A DNA stretch of 64,000 bases, taken from contig NC_068986.1 of the NCBI RefSeq assembly GCF_001194135.2, positions 9,895,234 through 9,959,233 on the forward strand. The letters are read 5' to 3'. How positions within the stretch are numbered: position 1 is the stretch's first letter; every line of letters starts with the position of its first letter. Position numbers and translations under genes: made by a program. This DNA comes from Octopus bimaculoides (taxonomy: Eukaryota). Under the pieces are notes generated by a model. The model did not search any database. It saw only the letters and a list, made by a program, of their open reading frames with translations, and had not been told where the DNA came from. Below, piece after piece: positions 12,548-26,254 of the stretch.

Positions 12548-14460
12548 TAGCATACACACACTTGTGCAGATGTAAAATAATTTGACACTAAAAGTATTTT
12601 TGCCTGATGCTAACTGCAAAATGGTTGTCAACCTCTGGATATCAACAGGTGAAATAAATATATTCATCTCATATCTCCAGACTTTCTTTATGTTCTGTAT
12701 TAATCTCCACTGATCAGATTTATTGGATTTCAACTGGATAGGGGCTCCACATTACACTCCTATGTATTGGCTTACTATGAGGCATGTAACCCAGTCCATT
12801 AAAGGAGTTTTTATTTTTGTGATTACCACTGGATTAGAGAATTCCATATATTGTGCATTAAATACATACACACACAATGAGCTTCTTTCAGTTTCCGTTT
12901 ACCAAATCCACTCGGTTATGGTTGGCCAGAGGAAGACACCTGCCCAAGGTGCCACACAGTGGGACTGAACCTGAGACCATTTGGTTGGGAAGCAAGCTTA
13001 CCACACACCCACACCTGTACCTGTATATATGACACACACAGAAGTATGCATTTCTTTTGTAATAAGTCAAAAGAGGTGGTGCAGTTAGTGAGGTTGGTTT
13101 TTAGTTTGAAGGAAGGATTGAGAAGTAGAATGTTGAGTAAAAGAGGTGAGAGAAAGTATAAATAGGTTGGACATGGGTGGTGGAAGGGATAGTGATCTAT
13201 TTTAGAAGCTGTTGTAGTTAACGGAGACCATGGAATGAATCAGCAACTTGTTGGTGAGTCAATATTTTGCAATCGAATGAATTGCCTTCAGGGATATTTA
13301 TTGGTCAGTTATGTAACCACTCTTCTAGATGTGTGACTAAGATTAATTAGGGTGGCTCTACTTGATGTTTGTAGAGAATTAGTAACAGCCACAATTCAGC
13401 TATTATCTGACCCTAAAAAGGAAACCTATGAAGCTTTGGTAATAGTGTCAATAAGAGGTCATCGAGAGGGGGGGAGGCCCTGAAACAGTCTATTGACCCC
13501 TTAGCATTCAGATTATTGTCAAATCTAATTCATATTTATTCACATTGTTTTGAATTCATCCTGGATTATCTCATAGCTTTTGAGATTTCAATGATATGAT
13601 TGTTTATTTTTACAATGACATTGTAGGGTAGGTGTGAGAGGCTTGATCTGGTCAGTTTGAACATAAAATAGGGAGAATATTGGGGACGGATGTGGCTGGA
13701 TTAAATGCTAAAGGGTTAAGAGACTTTGAGGGTTTCTGTGTTGTTCAGGTGTACAAAGGGAATGGCACAAGATAAAATTATGTCAATTTTTGAAGAAAAT
13801 ACTAGTGTAGGTAAGATGACTAGATAGAGGTAATGTTTTTGTTTTTCAAGTAAAGGATCTTTTCACAGGCATTCAGGGGGTGTGAAGGGAGCTGATGAAT
13901 TATTGATAGAAATTAAAACACTCCTACTTAGCAAAGAACTCTTTTATGGTGCAAATATAAACAGACTTCTCTCAGTTTTCATCCACCAAAATCCAGTGAC
14001 AAGGCCAAAGGCTATGGGAAATACTTGTCCGAAGTGCCACAGACTGGGACTGAACCTGAAACCACATGGTTGGGAAGCAAATCAGTCAAAGCCAAACAGC
14101 TATGCCTAATGACTTTACAGGTGTCCTTTGAAGAAGGCTTACAAAGCCTCTGCAGAGAGGTAGTGCAAGTCTAGCAGGAGATGGCTGCTGTGTGTGTGTG
14201 GGTGGGTGGAGCTTTGTGAAGGAGTGAAAGGGGTTGGTTGAATACAAGGGGACATTTGAGTTGGGGGAGAGAGACCATGTCAGTGCTACAACTGATACAA
14301 CATATCTGATTGGGTGGGAAGGGAAAGAAAAAAAAATAAGGGGTGGGGTGGGGGTGGATACCAAAAAAACAAGGATTTACATTTGAAGTGATATTTAGCC
14401 TTCAGTGATTGGACTAATAATCCTTTCTACTAATGGCACAAGGCATGAAATTTTGGGGGA

Positions 14461-14705
14461 TGGCATGTGGCTTAGTGGTTAGGGCATTTGACTCACAATC
14501 ATAAGGTCATGAGTTCAATTCCTGTCGATGCGTTGTGTCCTTGAACAAGACACTTTATTTCACGTTGCTCCAGTCCACTCAGCTGGCAAAAATGAGTCGT
14601 ACCTGTATTTCAAAGGGCCAGGCTTGTCACACTTTGCGTCATGCTGAATCTCCCTCTGAACTATGTTAAGGGTACATGTGTCTGGAGTGCTCAGCTACTT
14701 GCACG
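14461..14705 (+). mobile_element. tRNA-headed SINE with a CORE/Meta-like central domain
   Basis: A box TGGCTTAGTGG (about 14468), B box GAGTTCAATTCC (14511), then GTTGTGTCCTTGAACAAGACACTTTATTTCACGTTGCTCCAGTCCACTCAGCTG. Related copies near 17200-17350 (-), 51325-51450 (-) and 58020-58200 (+). Exact family assignment needs Dfam/Repbase. Confidence 0.7.
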
Positions 14706-17430
14706 TTCCTTCAATTTGTAAAAAGCACCCACTACACTCTTGGAGTGGTTGGCATTAGGAAAGGCATCCAGCTGTAGAAGACTTGCCAGATCAGATTGGA
14801 GCCTGGTGTGGCCCCCTGGCTTGCCAGTCCTCAGTCAAACCGTCCAATCCATGCCAGCATGGAAAACGGATGTCAAACGATGATGATCATGAGGTTAGTC
14901 GATTGCACTGACCCAACTGGTACTTATTTTATTGACCCTGAAGGTGTGAAAGGCAAAGTCGGCCTCGGTGAAATTTGAACTCAGAACATAAAGGCAGACA
15001 AAATGCCACAAAGCATTTCGCCTGGCGTGCTAATGAATCTGCCAGCTGGAGCCACCCTAGTGATTGAACTGTAGGCTGTCACTGACATCTAAAAGCTAGA
15101 TGCAAAGTTTCGGGCTTTGCTCCACTGGGGATGTCTGTGTGTCTACAATGGAAGGGAAAACTGAGTTCTTATTTGAGACTCAGTGCACACTCAGGTGCTT
15201 TACAAATAACAGACATCAATCAACTCGACTGAGCAACACTAAACATCAAGGTCAAACTTTGACCAATCTGCTTCTAATTCTACCTAATTCCTTCCTTTAG
15301 AACCTTCACAATGGGCCAATATGGATTATTATGATTTCAGCTGAAAATATTTTCCTTCAACCAATTTTTAAATTTGAAGACTGAACGTTCAGGTTTTCTA
15401 TTTAGCTGCAAAAACGAGCAGTGTGTGTTGAGTCACCAGGGCTGGGTTGGGCCCAAGATCAAGCCACTGTCAGCAGTCAAGCTCCCTGCCCCTCTTAGCT
15501 CTCAGTCATTACTGAAATGATAGAATTCAAGGACAATATTGTGAAACTGAATATTTCATTGGGTTCCAGTGTTGGGTAAAATAATCTTGTGGTTAAGCTA
15601 GGCCATCACTGTATCCAAAGAACTATTAAAATTCAACTCAACGATTCAGAAATCAGTCATAGATGTAGAGACGCAGAAAAGAACACGCACACACACACAC
15701 ACTTAACACCAATGAAGATTACACAAGTCTCAAACTACATTGATCTGATTAAATGCAAGAGCAACNNNNNNNNNNNNNNNNNNNNNNNNNNNNNNNNNNN
15801 NNNNNNNNNNNNNNNNNNNNNNNNNNNNNNNNNNNNNNNNNNNNNNNNNNNNNNNNNNNNNNNNNNNNNNNNNNNNNNNNNNNNNNNNNNNNNNNNNNNN
15901 NNNNNNNNNNNNNNNNNNNNNNNNNNNNNNNNNNNNNNNNNNNNNNNNNNNNNNNNNNNNNNNNNNNNNNNNNNNNNNNNNNNNNNNNNNNNNNNNNNNN
16001 NNNNNNNNNNNNNNNNNNNNNNNNNNNNNNNNNNNNNNNNNNNNNNNNNNNNNNNNNNNNNNNNNNNNNNNNNNNNNNNNNNNNNNNNNNNNNNNNNNNN
16101 NNNNNNNNNNNNNNNNNNNNNNNNNNNNNNNNNNNNNNNNNNNNNNNNNNNNNNNNNNNNNNNNNNNNNNNNNNNNNNNNNNNNNNNNNNNNNNNNNNNN
16201 NNNNNNNNNNNNNNNNNNNNNNNNNNNNNNNNNNNNNNNNNNNNNNNNNNNNNNNNNNNNNNNNNNNNNNNNNNNNNNNNNNNNNNNNNNNNNNNNNNNN
16301 NNNNNNNNNNNNNNNNNNNNNNNNNNNNNNNNNNNNNNNNNNNNNNNNNNNNNNNNNNNNNNNNNNNNNNNNNNNNNNNNNNNNNNNNNNNNNNNNNNNN
16401 NNNNNAAAAAAAAAAAAAAAAAAAAAAAAAAAAGAAAAAGAAAAAAAGGTTTCCTAGGTAATTAAAGTGCAACTTAGGAATATAAGGCCATCTTTTATGT
16501 AGTGATTCAAATAAGTTACCAATAAGCATGCAGAATTTACAGGAACAGGAGAAAAAAAAAATATGTGTATATATATATATATATATTTATAGAACTCAAG
16601 TTTAGAAAGAAAAATGCACATCGCCAACATGTTGTTGGGGGCCATTGTAGCTAGCCCAACAGTAAGCCGCAGAACCATACACAGAGCAGTCTTACTGTGA
16701 CGTGGTGACTGACTTGCCTGTAGAATTTCTTTGGGGTCCAAAGCCAGGTCACAAGCAAGCTCTCTCTCCCTCTCTCTCTCTCTCCCACCCAATATGTACC
16801 CAAACTCAAAACTGAAACCATAAACAGGCAGAAAATATTTTTTTTTTATTTCAGCCTTTTATAAAGAGAAGAAGAAGAAGAAAAAAAAAAATCAAGTTTC
16901 AGATAAATTTGAAAATGTTAAATCTGCAAATCAAGCATATATAACATTAGCAAAGACTTCAAAACACTGGAATGTTACATATAAATGGGTGTTAGTTTTA
17001 GAATTATTCTTCATTTTGAAAGAGAATGACTGAATACATTTTCAACCTAACGGGTAGTATGTGGCTATATCATAGGATTGATCAGACTATTGGACATTCT
17101 CATACACCACTCGTCACAATGTGTTTCAAATGATGCCACCCTGTCGACTAGCCGAGAAAGTCAACATTCCCCCACAATTGGGGGGGTCGTCTGTTTTAGG
17201 GCGACTCATCTGTAGCTGAGTGGACTAGGGCAATGTGAAATGAAGTGTTTTGCCCAGGAGCACAACAGGATACCGGCTCAACGGATTGAACCCACAATCA
17301 CCAGATCGTGAATGCAATGTCTCTAATGACTAGGCCACATGACTTCACATGTGTAAATATAAATGCGTTAATTTAATAACTACAATTAGTTTAATAGTTA
17401 ATGAGCTCCTGCAACTCAATCTGTGCCGCC

Positions 17431-17500
17431 CCACACGTAGCTCACTAGGTGGAGCATCAGGCTTAATATGACAGTTACAGGCTCAAGTCCTCAGTAGGAG
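17431..17500 (+). pseudogene. Decayed tRNA-Lys-like sequence or old SINE head
   Basis: TAGCTCACTAGGTGGAGCATCAGGCT..TAATATGACAGTTACAGGCTCAAGTCC resembles the tRNA-Lys(UUU) core; anticodon loop and T arm are degenerate. Confidence 0.4.
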
Positions 17501-19597
17501 CACTTTGATGTCAGTGTCCTAGCCTGACCACCCCCACTTTGCTAGAGACTAAGAGAGCAAACTTGTGCATATGCGAGATATTCTATAATTACTTTTGCTT
17601 TTTTTTTTATGTTCAGTTATAATAAAAACAATTTTATTCTTCTTATACAAGAATATTATTGACACTGACTTCCAACTTTCGGCCAGTTAGTGTATGTATA
17701 CACACACACACAAACTTGAAACAGCTGTTGATCTTAAGGTGTAAGTTCATCACTTTCCTCCCATAATCTGTACAGCCCCTGATGTTCATTGAACAATCCT
17801 TTCCACCAATCACTTGATCTTTGTCAAGTTACACTCTTGCTGTCATATATACTGCTATTTTGACAGCTTCTGTTTTTTTTTTTTTTGGATTCTGCTCACT
17901 GCAGACTTTTAAATTGCTTCATCTTTGTGCCACATCCTCTAGGTTATTCTACACTTTCTTCCCCACCACCTTCATTTCTGCCCATGACTTCTCTTTCATC
18001 AGTTACCCTTGAGAAATCCAAAACCAACAATAATTCTACGAATCTTAGTTCTCTCTCCGAACTGAAAAGTCTTGGAAGTCATAAAAATATTTAAAAGCTA
18101 CCAGCCTTTCTATTCAGACAAATTAACAGTTGATGCATTTATATATAAAATCAACAAGTTTTCTTTCAAAATTACAAAACGGTAGAAAAAGCTGATGCAT
18201 CTGGAAAGTTCTAGAAAGGATTCCTTCTACCATTCCTTGTTTGGAAATGAGATAAAAGAAATTGTTAAAAAAGAAATATTTAAAAACAAACAAACATGGG
18301 AATTGAAATGTAGAAATCATAACAGTACACATATTGAAAACTTGTTCCTTAGAGTGATTTATTAGAAATGAAAAATACCCCAAGTATACACAATGAGCTA
18401 TACATTAAATAGGTAGGGGGGTCGGGGGGACAGCAGGGCAGGGGGAGGGGTTGAGAATATGNNNNNNNNNNNNNNNNNNNNNNNNNNNNNNNNNNNNNNN
18501 NNNNNNNNNNNNNNNNNNNNNNNNNNNNNNNNNNNNNNNNNNNNNNNNNNNNNNNNNNNNNNNNNNNNNNNNNNNNNNNNNNNNNNNNNNNNNNNNNNNN
18601 NNNNNNNNNNNNNNNNNNNNNNNNNNNNNNNNNNNNNNNNNNNNNNNNNNNNNNNNNNNNNNNNNNNNNNNNNNNNNNNNNNNNNNNNNNNNNNNNNNNN
18701 NNNNNNNNNNNNNNNNNNNNNNNNNNNNNNNNNNNNNNNNNNNNNNNNNNNNNNNNNNNNNNNNNNNNNNNNNNNNNNNNNNNNNNNNNNNNNNNNNNNN
18801 NNNNNNNNNNNNNNNNNNNNNNNNNNNNNNNNNNNNNNNNNNNNNNNNNNNNNNNNNNNNNNNNNNNNNNNNNNNNNNNNNNNNNNNNNNNNNNNNNNNN
18901 NNNNNNNNNNNNNNNNNNNNNNNNNNNNNNNNNNNNNNNNNNNNNNNNNNNNNNNNNNNNNNNNNNNNNNNNNNNNNNNNNNNNNNNNNNNNNNNNNNNN
19001 NNAAGTAGCTGGGCTAAAGTCCTCTTCTATCCCCTCACCTGCATAAACTGTACATAACAATCAATACCCATCAGGTTAATTAGGCTTATGATCTAATGAA
19101 AACTCCTAAATAGGCAGGTTTCTTAAAAAATAGACATTTTGTAAGGAAAAGAGATTAAGTTTGTTTAATGGAGAGGTATTTAATAAAAAAAATTTAAAAA
19201 AAAAAGGAAAAAAATATACATTTGCTTGTTTTTTTTTTTTCTTTTTTCTCAAGGAGTGAACAGTCACAAAATGATTGTGAAATAAGAACGAGGGGCAAGG
19301 GAGCAGGAGGAATAACAGGTTTAGCAGCTGAAGACTTGAGCCAACCAGCAAGAACAGCAGTAGCAGCAGCAAGCCCAAGCTGAAGAATAATAATAATAGT
19401 AGTATTGACGAGCTTACCAATTACTGCTGTAATTACCAATCAGACTGTCACTGCTAGAGAATTTAGTGATTCCCGTTGTGACACTCACCAATGAGGTGGA
19501 CACTCTAAGTTGGTGGCAATAAGGAGGGAGAAGTAGAAGAAGAGGAAGAAAAAAAAGAGAGAAAGAAAAAAGAAAATAAACAGCTCTAACATAACAT

Positions 19598-19737
19598 TTA
19601 GAACCTCCCTGCTTGTTGCGGTGATTGTGTTGTCGTTGCTGGTTGATTCATTATGACACCACGTGGATATGGGTTGTAAGGAGCACGAATGCCTATTGCT
19701 GGTGGCACAGTGGCTGGCATTCGAGTGAGAATCGGGC
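19598..19737 (-). CDS. ZNF207: ZNF207/BuGZ coding exon 9 (last)
   Basis: acaatttcag|GCCCGATT...AGG TTC TAA; phase 1. Encodes GPILTRMPATVPPAIGIRAPYNPYPRGVIMNQPATTTQSPQQAGRF*, ending like vertebrate ..SQGGRY. Confidence 0.85.
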
Positions 19738-20436
19738 CTGAAATTGTCAAAAGGTTTTTAGAATAAGTGACGAAAAAAGACAAAAAAAAAGACTAGAAGA
19801 ATAATCATTAAAATGTTAAAGAAAATCATTTTACACAAAGTCAGAATTAAAGTAAATGCAATGTTAGTTTTCTATTTCTGGGATCCATTTGCCATTTAAA
19901 GTGCATCCACTTCACATTGTAAAGTGGTTGGCATTTGGAAGGGCATCAAGCTGCAAAAAAAAAAAAACTTGCCAAAGCTAACCTCACATGTGCTTGTGCC
20001 CTGTAGAAAGCACTAAGTCCACTCTGCTGAATGGTTGATGTTAGGAAGGGCATCCAGCTGTAAAAACCCTACCAAAACAGCCACAAAAGTCTGGTGCAGG
20101 CTTCTGCCTTGACTGGCTCCTGTGAAACCATTCCACCCATGCCAGCATGGAAGGCAGACGCTGAACTATGTGATGATGGTGATTTGTACATTCTTTAACC
20201 TTTTAGCATTTAAACTGATCGTACCCAGACCAAATATTCTACCTATTTTATGTTCAAACTAGCCAGATCCAGCCTCTCACACCTACCCAACAATGTCATT
20301 CTAAAAACAAACAATCACATTGTCAAAATCTCAAGGCTATGAGATGATGCATAATTAATTTGAAACAATGTGAATAAATAAGGATTACATTTGATAGAGT
20401 AATCAGAAATGCTGAAGGGTCAATCACTTGCAAACA

Positions 20437-20580
20437 GTTCAAAATTTCTCCAAGACACCTGATGAAGGCTGGAGGGTATATCAGCCGAAACGTGTTAACA
20501 ACAAACAAAATGAGGACAGATATCCATCAAATGTAAATAATATACATAATTCCTCATCTCTTAAATATAGAACTGCATGT
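20437..20580 (+). mobile_element. 5'-truncated tail of the hammerhead-bearing SINE family; ribozyme damaged by a 2-nt deletion
   Basis: GACAC CTGATGA A GGCTG..CAGCC GAAA CGT GTT at 20454-20496, followed by the family tail ending CATAATTCCTCATCTCTTAAATATAGAACTG. Confidence 0.8.
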
Positions 20581-21929
20581 AAAGGTTGTTTTCTAAATTC
20601 TTTCTATTCTGGTGATTATAGAGCGTTGAGATGTTGTGGTGAAGGAGTATATTCTTAGTGAGAGTGGCTCTCTTACCATTAATACCAAAGGGAACATGGC
20701 ACGGAAGTGTTACAATGAAAAAATACAAAAGAGAGGACCTGCCGCAAGCAGACTCACTCGTCCAAATTAACAGTGAATACAGTAGAAAGACTGGTCACAA
20801 GTGTCATCATCATCTTCCAGGTTGGTAAAGGCCAGAGGCCTGCTGCACCAAGCGCCACTGTCTGCTTCAGCATGGTTTCTACAGCTGGATGCTCTTCTTG
20901 ATGGACGGGGTGCATTTTACATGACACCACAAAACTTGCAAGACAAAAATCCCTCAACTGAGAGGGGAAATGATACTGAGGGAGGCGGCTTTGTGCCATG
21001 TGAAGAGAGGTTAAACTAGGGACAGAGGGTGGGGATATGCCAGGGCATAAATCTGAAGGATTATAAAAAGAAATGTAATGGCAGAGGATTATCATCATCA
21101 TTGTTTTACGTCCGCTTTCCATGCTGGCATGGGTTGGACGGTTTGACTGAGATCTGGAGAGCCAGAAGCTGCACCAGGCTCCAATCCGATCTACAATCTG
21201 TTTCTACAGCTGGATGCCCTTCCTAATGCCAACCACTCCGAGAGAGTAGTAGGTGCTCCAGCACAGGAGCCAGTCAGGCAGACTCAATGGCAAAAGCAAC
21301 TGGACCAACAAATACAGTGACTGAAATGCTGAATGGACCAGGTGGGTGGGGAGATTGTGTGCATCATCAATGAGGTAGTTGCTGTAGTAGTATTGTCTTA
21401 TTAACTGCTACAAAAGTAAAACGAAATGTAAGAGAGAGATGATGATATAATACCATGTATTTGATCGATCAGATACTGATGTGAATTAGATTAGAATTAA
21501 AAACCGTATTAAGAAAAAAAATATTTCCAAAATACATAATCATAGATTTCGAAACAATTTCAAAGTCAGAATTTCATCCTAAACATCAAAAGGGTTATAA
21601 TACAACAAGGTCCAGTGATTTCAATTTACTCCAGATTGAAATTATTGCATTGGTGCAACACAACAGTTCTTACCAAACTAGAGCAAGCTGCTTTACACCA
21701 ATATCTACCTGCTATTTTCTGGAGAATATGTCAAGCTAGGATCAAATTCAATTCGAATCTCTACAGTAAACCACCAGTTTGGTCTAAGATTGCTGGTTTC
21801 AGGAGTTGATTGACCATGTGACAACATCATTGCAGGAGTTAGAGTGCAATTAAGAACAGAATTAATTTAGATGAGGCAGTTTGACTTTGTCCTGTTAAAA
21901 GGACACTATTAATGTTGGCGAGACAAGCG

Positions 21930-22870
21930 CAGGAGAAATATTAGCTAAAAGTAAGCTGTTGTAACTTGCACATACTGACCAGGAGAAGGGTTTTGATAGT
22001 TCCATGATTTATTATGTGATGAATGTTAAGGAAACCCAGACGAATTTCTTGTACAAACTATATACACAGGTATATGCAGCAAGGTCAGTGTTAGCTATGT
22101 GAACAGTGACAAGTTTAGAGTGCAGGTTGGGGTCTATTTGGGCCTGGTCCTCAGCCCTTTCTGTCCATTGTAGTCTTCCAAGATATAACAGGAGTTTAAG
22201 ACTGTTAGTCCATGGGAACTCTCATGTGTTGATGATTTAGTTCTGAGAATTAAATCTAATGTTGATTTACAGAAGAAATTTTAGATAAGTAAAGAAAACT
22301 AGAATAGAGAAACCTCAAACATAGCAAATAGTAAATTTTATTAAATATGAAAAAAGATAGGGTTCTGGTGCCGGGTTTGATATGCAAGAAGAGGAGGAGA
22401 CAGAAATTCTGCATGGATGCCTAGGAGGAATAAATTAATTAACCGTAGGTGCAAGTGTTCTAAGAGCACAGTGGTTTGTGTAAGAATGTGTTATCGCCTC
22501 TGATAGCAATAAAGAACTGCTCTCTCAGAATGAGGAGTAAATCATTTAATGTTTGTATGTAATGCTACATGGTGGCAGCACATGGGCCTTGGCTGCAGAG
22601 CATTTGCAAAGACTAGAAATGAAGTGAGCACACACTGCTGGATGCTGGAGTACAAATGAGGGTAGAGAGAAACCAGATACCAAAGGAATCAGATGTAGTG
22701 TGCAAGAGAGAAAAACTGAACTGGTATAGGCATGTGATGTGCAAGAAAGTAGTGAATGCTCCAAGTGGAGTGACCCTGTGAAAGATGGAGATTGAGGACG
22801 ACAAGAGACAAAGCATTAAAGGCAGTTCACAAGAAGTTACACTTCACAAAGACAAAGGATTCTGAGGGTT
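21930..22870 (+). mobile_element. Older, heavily decayed RTE LINE fragment (RT to C-terminus)
   Basis: Degenerate versions of motifs seen in the RTE at 26255-28320 (EKxFD, FRVQVGV..G.VLSP, PWEL..VDDLVL, MLHG..TWA). Confidence 0.65.
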
Positions 22871-23597
22871 AGCCCCTCATAACTTAACAGTAAGTATTAC
22901 CCTTCTGTATTAATAGCTACCATTTCAGGTCACTCATGGTCAACACACACACACACACTTACATCAACCAATTTCTAGAACCACCACTCGCTTCTCTTAC
23001 TAACATGTAGCTGCCCTTAGTGACCTCTTCTCTCTCTCTCATTGCTTAACTGTCTCCTTCTTTACTTCACCTAGCATTGATTATTTTCTCCCATTACTGT
23101 TTCTTCCACCATACTCTCTCAATTCTTCTCTTCTCTCCTACCCTGATTCATCTTCTGCCTATTCTGTTGCTTACACTGCCTTCTTGAACAAAAAGAGACA
23201 ACACACAATGGTCAGCTCTCTTTTGTCTTGCACTAATGCCACAACCAAATACTTCCAATTCATTTTGTAAAGTGGCTGGGGGTTTAGGAAAAGTACTGAG
23301 CTGCAGAAACTATGTAGAAAATAAAACACAAGTGAGACATGTCCCCCTCCCCCATCTCCCTACTCGTCTTGGACGGCAGAAACTGAATAAGAACTGATTT
23401 GGACTGTGATGACCCATCAAACCCATGCCAGAAGAGAGAATGGATGTAAAACCAATGGCTTTGTAAACAAGCATTTATTGTGGAATATAAGAAATGCAGT
23501 TGTACATATTTATGCATTCATTCATATTTGTCGCTCTGTTTGATATATATGAGGAATATAAGAGGAGGGTTTAAAAGAGAAAATAATATTTACTGAC

Positions 23598-23688
23598 CAG
23601 ACAGCATTCCAGATGTCATCATACCTTGTACAGGCCGAGGCGACTGAGTGGCTTTTTTATACTTAGGGAGACTGGCACGTCTTTCTTC
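23598..23688 (-). CDS. ZNF207: ZNF207 coding exon 8 (second half of the GLEBS motif); alternative donor at 23625
   Basis: ttgcttttatag|GAA GAA AGA CGT GCC AGT CTC CCT AAG TAT; encodes EERRASLPKYKKATQSPRPVQGMMTSGMLS. Donors CAAG|gtatga (23625) and TCTG|gtcagt (23598) are both phase 1. Confidence 0.92.
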
Positions 23689-25757
23689 CTATAAAAGCAA
23701 TAATAATACATCACTTGTAGAAATTAAAACAAACATCGTAGGTCTTCGATATCTAATAGACTGTTTCAGACATTCCTCAATGACAGAAAATTACAGCAAG
23801 ACGACTTTAGTTTTTTGGGGAAATTAAAAACAAAGAAAAATGTAGTGCATCATTCACTTACTGATCAAGTAATTCTTCAACGGAGAAAGATGGCCACCTC
23901 AACCATTTGCTGAGTTCTAGGACATTAGTAGGAATTTTCAAAGCAACATTATCTAGAATCTGTAACATTTATTTTTAAATCTAGGAGGACAGCATCAGGC
24001 AGGTAAATATATCTACATTTATGATGTTAACAGACTTTGAAATTCAAATTTGCCACTTTAAAAATACAAGAACGGAAAACGGTCAACGGCATAAAATCAC
24101 AAGGAATTTGCTGAAGAAAGTTGAAAGACTTCCAACCAGAGATCAAAAAATCACTGCTGGGTCACAGTGCCCAATACTGACAGCATCTATGTACACAAAC
24201 ATCAAACTCCAGATTTAAAAGTAAGCAGCAAATAAAACTGACATTCAACCGGGGGTCCCCCCACCACCACCACCAAAGGCATAAATGATATGAGTGATGG
24301 GCTGGTTTTTTTTACCATGAATAGAAATCACATCACACATTTCACTCCCCAGAATATACGACACCACCAGCCAAGGATTTAGTTGGCATTATCTTGGTTG
24401 CATTGCTGAGTTATGTCTGCCGCCAATATACTCAAGCCTCACAAGGCGGTGAGCTGGTAGAAACATTGGCACGCCAGGCAAAATGCTTAGCGGTATTTTG
24501 TCCATCTTTATGTTCTGAGTTCAAATTCCGCTGAGGTTGACTTTGCTTTTCATCCTTTCAGCGTCAATAAATTAAGTACCAGTTGCGTACTGGGGTTGAT
24601 CTAATTGACTGACCCCCTCCCCAAAAATTTCTGGCCTTGTGCCTAGAGTAGAAAAGAATATACTCAAGTCACACTAGCCAAGTTGAATTAATTCCTTAGA
24701 AATAGCACAAAATTAATCGACTGATTGTTGCTAAGTAAATGGGAACACTTAATATACAAGTTTCAACACTTCCAGTGAATAAAGCTTCATGAGATAAGAT
24801 GACCTTGAACTTCCCCTCATAAAGAACACTGTTTATCAGCTTGAAACCTCAAGTTAGAGAGATAATATTCAGTTGTGAAAGTTGCATTGTTTTACAAGAG
24901 CCTTGGTCAGTTTATCATCATCGTTTAATGTCCATTTTCCATGCTGGCATGGGTTGGACAGTTCGACTGGGATGTGAGAAGCCAGGAAGCTGCACCAGGC
25001 TCCAGTCTGATCTGGCAGTATTTCAACAGCTGGATGCCCTTCCTAACGCCAAACCACTCTGAGTGTAGTGGGTGCTTTTTACATGCCACAGGCACGGAAG
25101 CCAGTCAAGGCGGCGCTGGCATCGGCCATGTTCGGATGGTGCTTTTTATGTGCCACTGGCACGGGGATCACAACTACAATTTCCATTTGATTTTGATGTA
25201 CTTGACTCAATAGGTCTCCTCAAGCACAGCATGTTGCCCTACGATCCAAGGTACCTTTGAGTGGGCTGGGGCTGGTTATGTGACACTGGTGTAGGCTTCA
25301 GCTGTGAACTCATTTTAGTGAAGCAAAAGTTCCAAATAGTAACAAAAACCAGGTCAAAGACTTGATTCAGACAAGAACTTGACCATCACACAACTGTACA
25401 CCACATACACCACTACCTTGAGAAGAATAGCAAAATTAATTTTACATTTTCACTTTGAATGTTTTTTTTGTTTAAATCAGGTTTTTTTAAAAAACCCTTT
25501 AACAGTTATTTGAAAGGGGGGGGGGGGGAAAGAAATTTAAATAATTCAAAATATAGCAAAAATAAAAGACAGGAATTTAAGGAGGGAAAGGATATTTTTA
25601 TACACACAACATGCATACACAGGCATACATTTTATGTGTGTGCAAGTGGAAGAGAAAGAAATGTGTCGAGATAAGACTCCAAGATGGTAGCTGTTAAGAA
25701 GTAAGAAGATGGAAGAGAGCCAGTCAACCGATGCCACAAACCCACACATAAACTCAC

Positions 25758-25979
25758 CAGCGATATGTCTTCATCCGGATGCATCAACTTCGACGTTAAC
25801 CCTGATGCTGATTCTGGTTTACGGATAATAGGTGCTCCTGATATTGTGGCACTGGGGGAGATTGATGTTGTGACAGCAGCTGCTGAAGGAAATGTTGGTT
25901 TTATCTGTGCCATTGCTTGGCTTATAGCTGTGGTGGGTTTGAAATCTGGTCCAACTGGTCGCGATGTGCTAGTCTGTGT
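25758..25979 (-). CDS. ZNF207: ZNF207 coding exon 7 (first half of the GLEBS motif)
   Basis: ttttttaaccag|ACACAG...TCG CTG|gtgagt; 222 nt, phase 0-0. Encodes TQTSTSRPVGPDFKP...KPTFP...SKLMHPDEDISL. Confidence 0.95.
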
Positions 25980-26254
25980 CTGGTTAAAAACAAAAATGAA
26001 AACATTGATCAATATTTAGCATCAAATACGACAGACAGGTTACAACAGATAATGTTGAGGAGACAGGCTCAATCTACACTAGCATAAAAAAAAAAGAAAA
26101 AGGAAAAAGATACTACAGTGGTGCTTTATAAATATATCATTATGGTCCTTAACTCCTCCATTGCTACTGATCGACATCCCTTCTTGTCTTAATCTGCTAA
26201 TCCTAGCACCCTCACATTTGATATCCCAACTATTTTCCTGTATCTTTAGTTATA

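Noticed and set aside
19194-19439. ORF-like Ala/Pro stretch (AAKPVIPPAPLP) downstream of the ZNF207 stop, behind a possible acceptor
   Set aside because: No homology to ZNF207 C-termini, and exon 9 already gives the conserved GRF* end; most likely 3' UTR low-complexity sequence.
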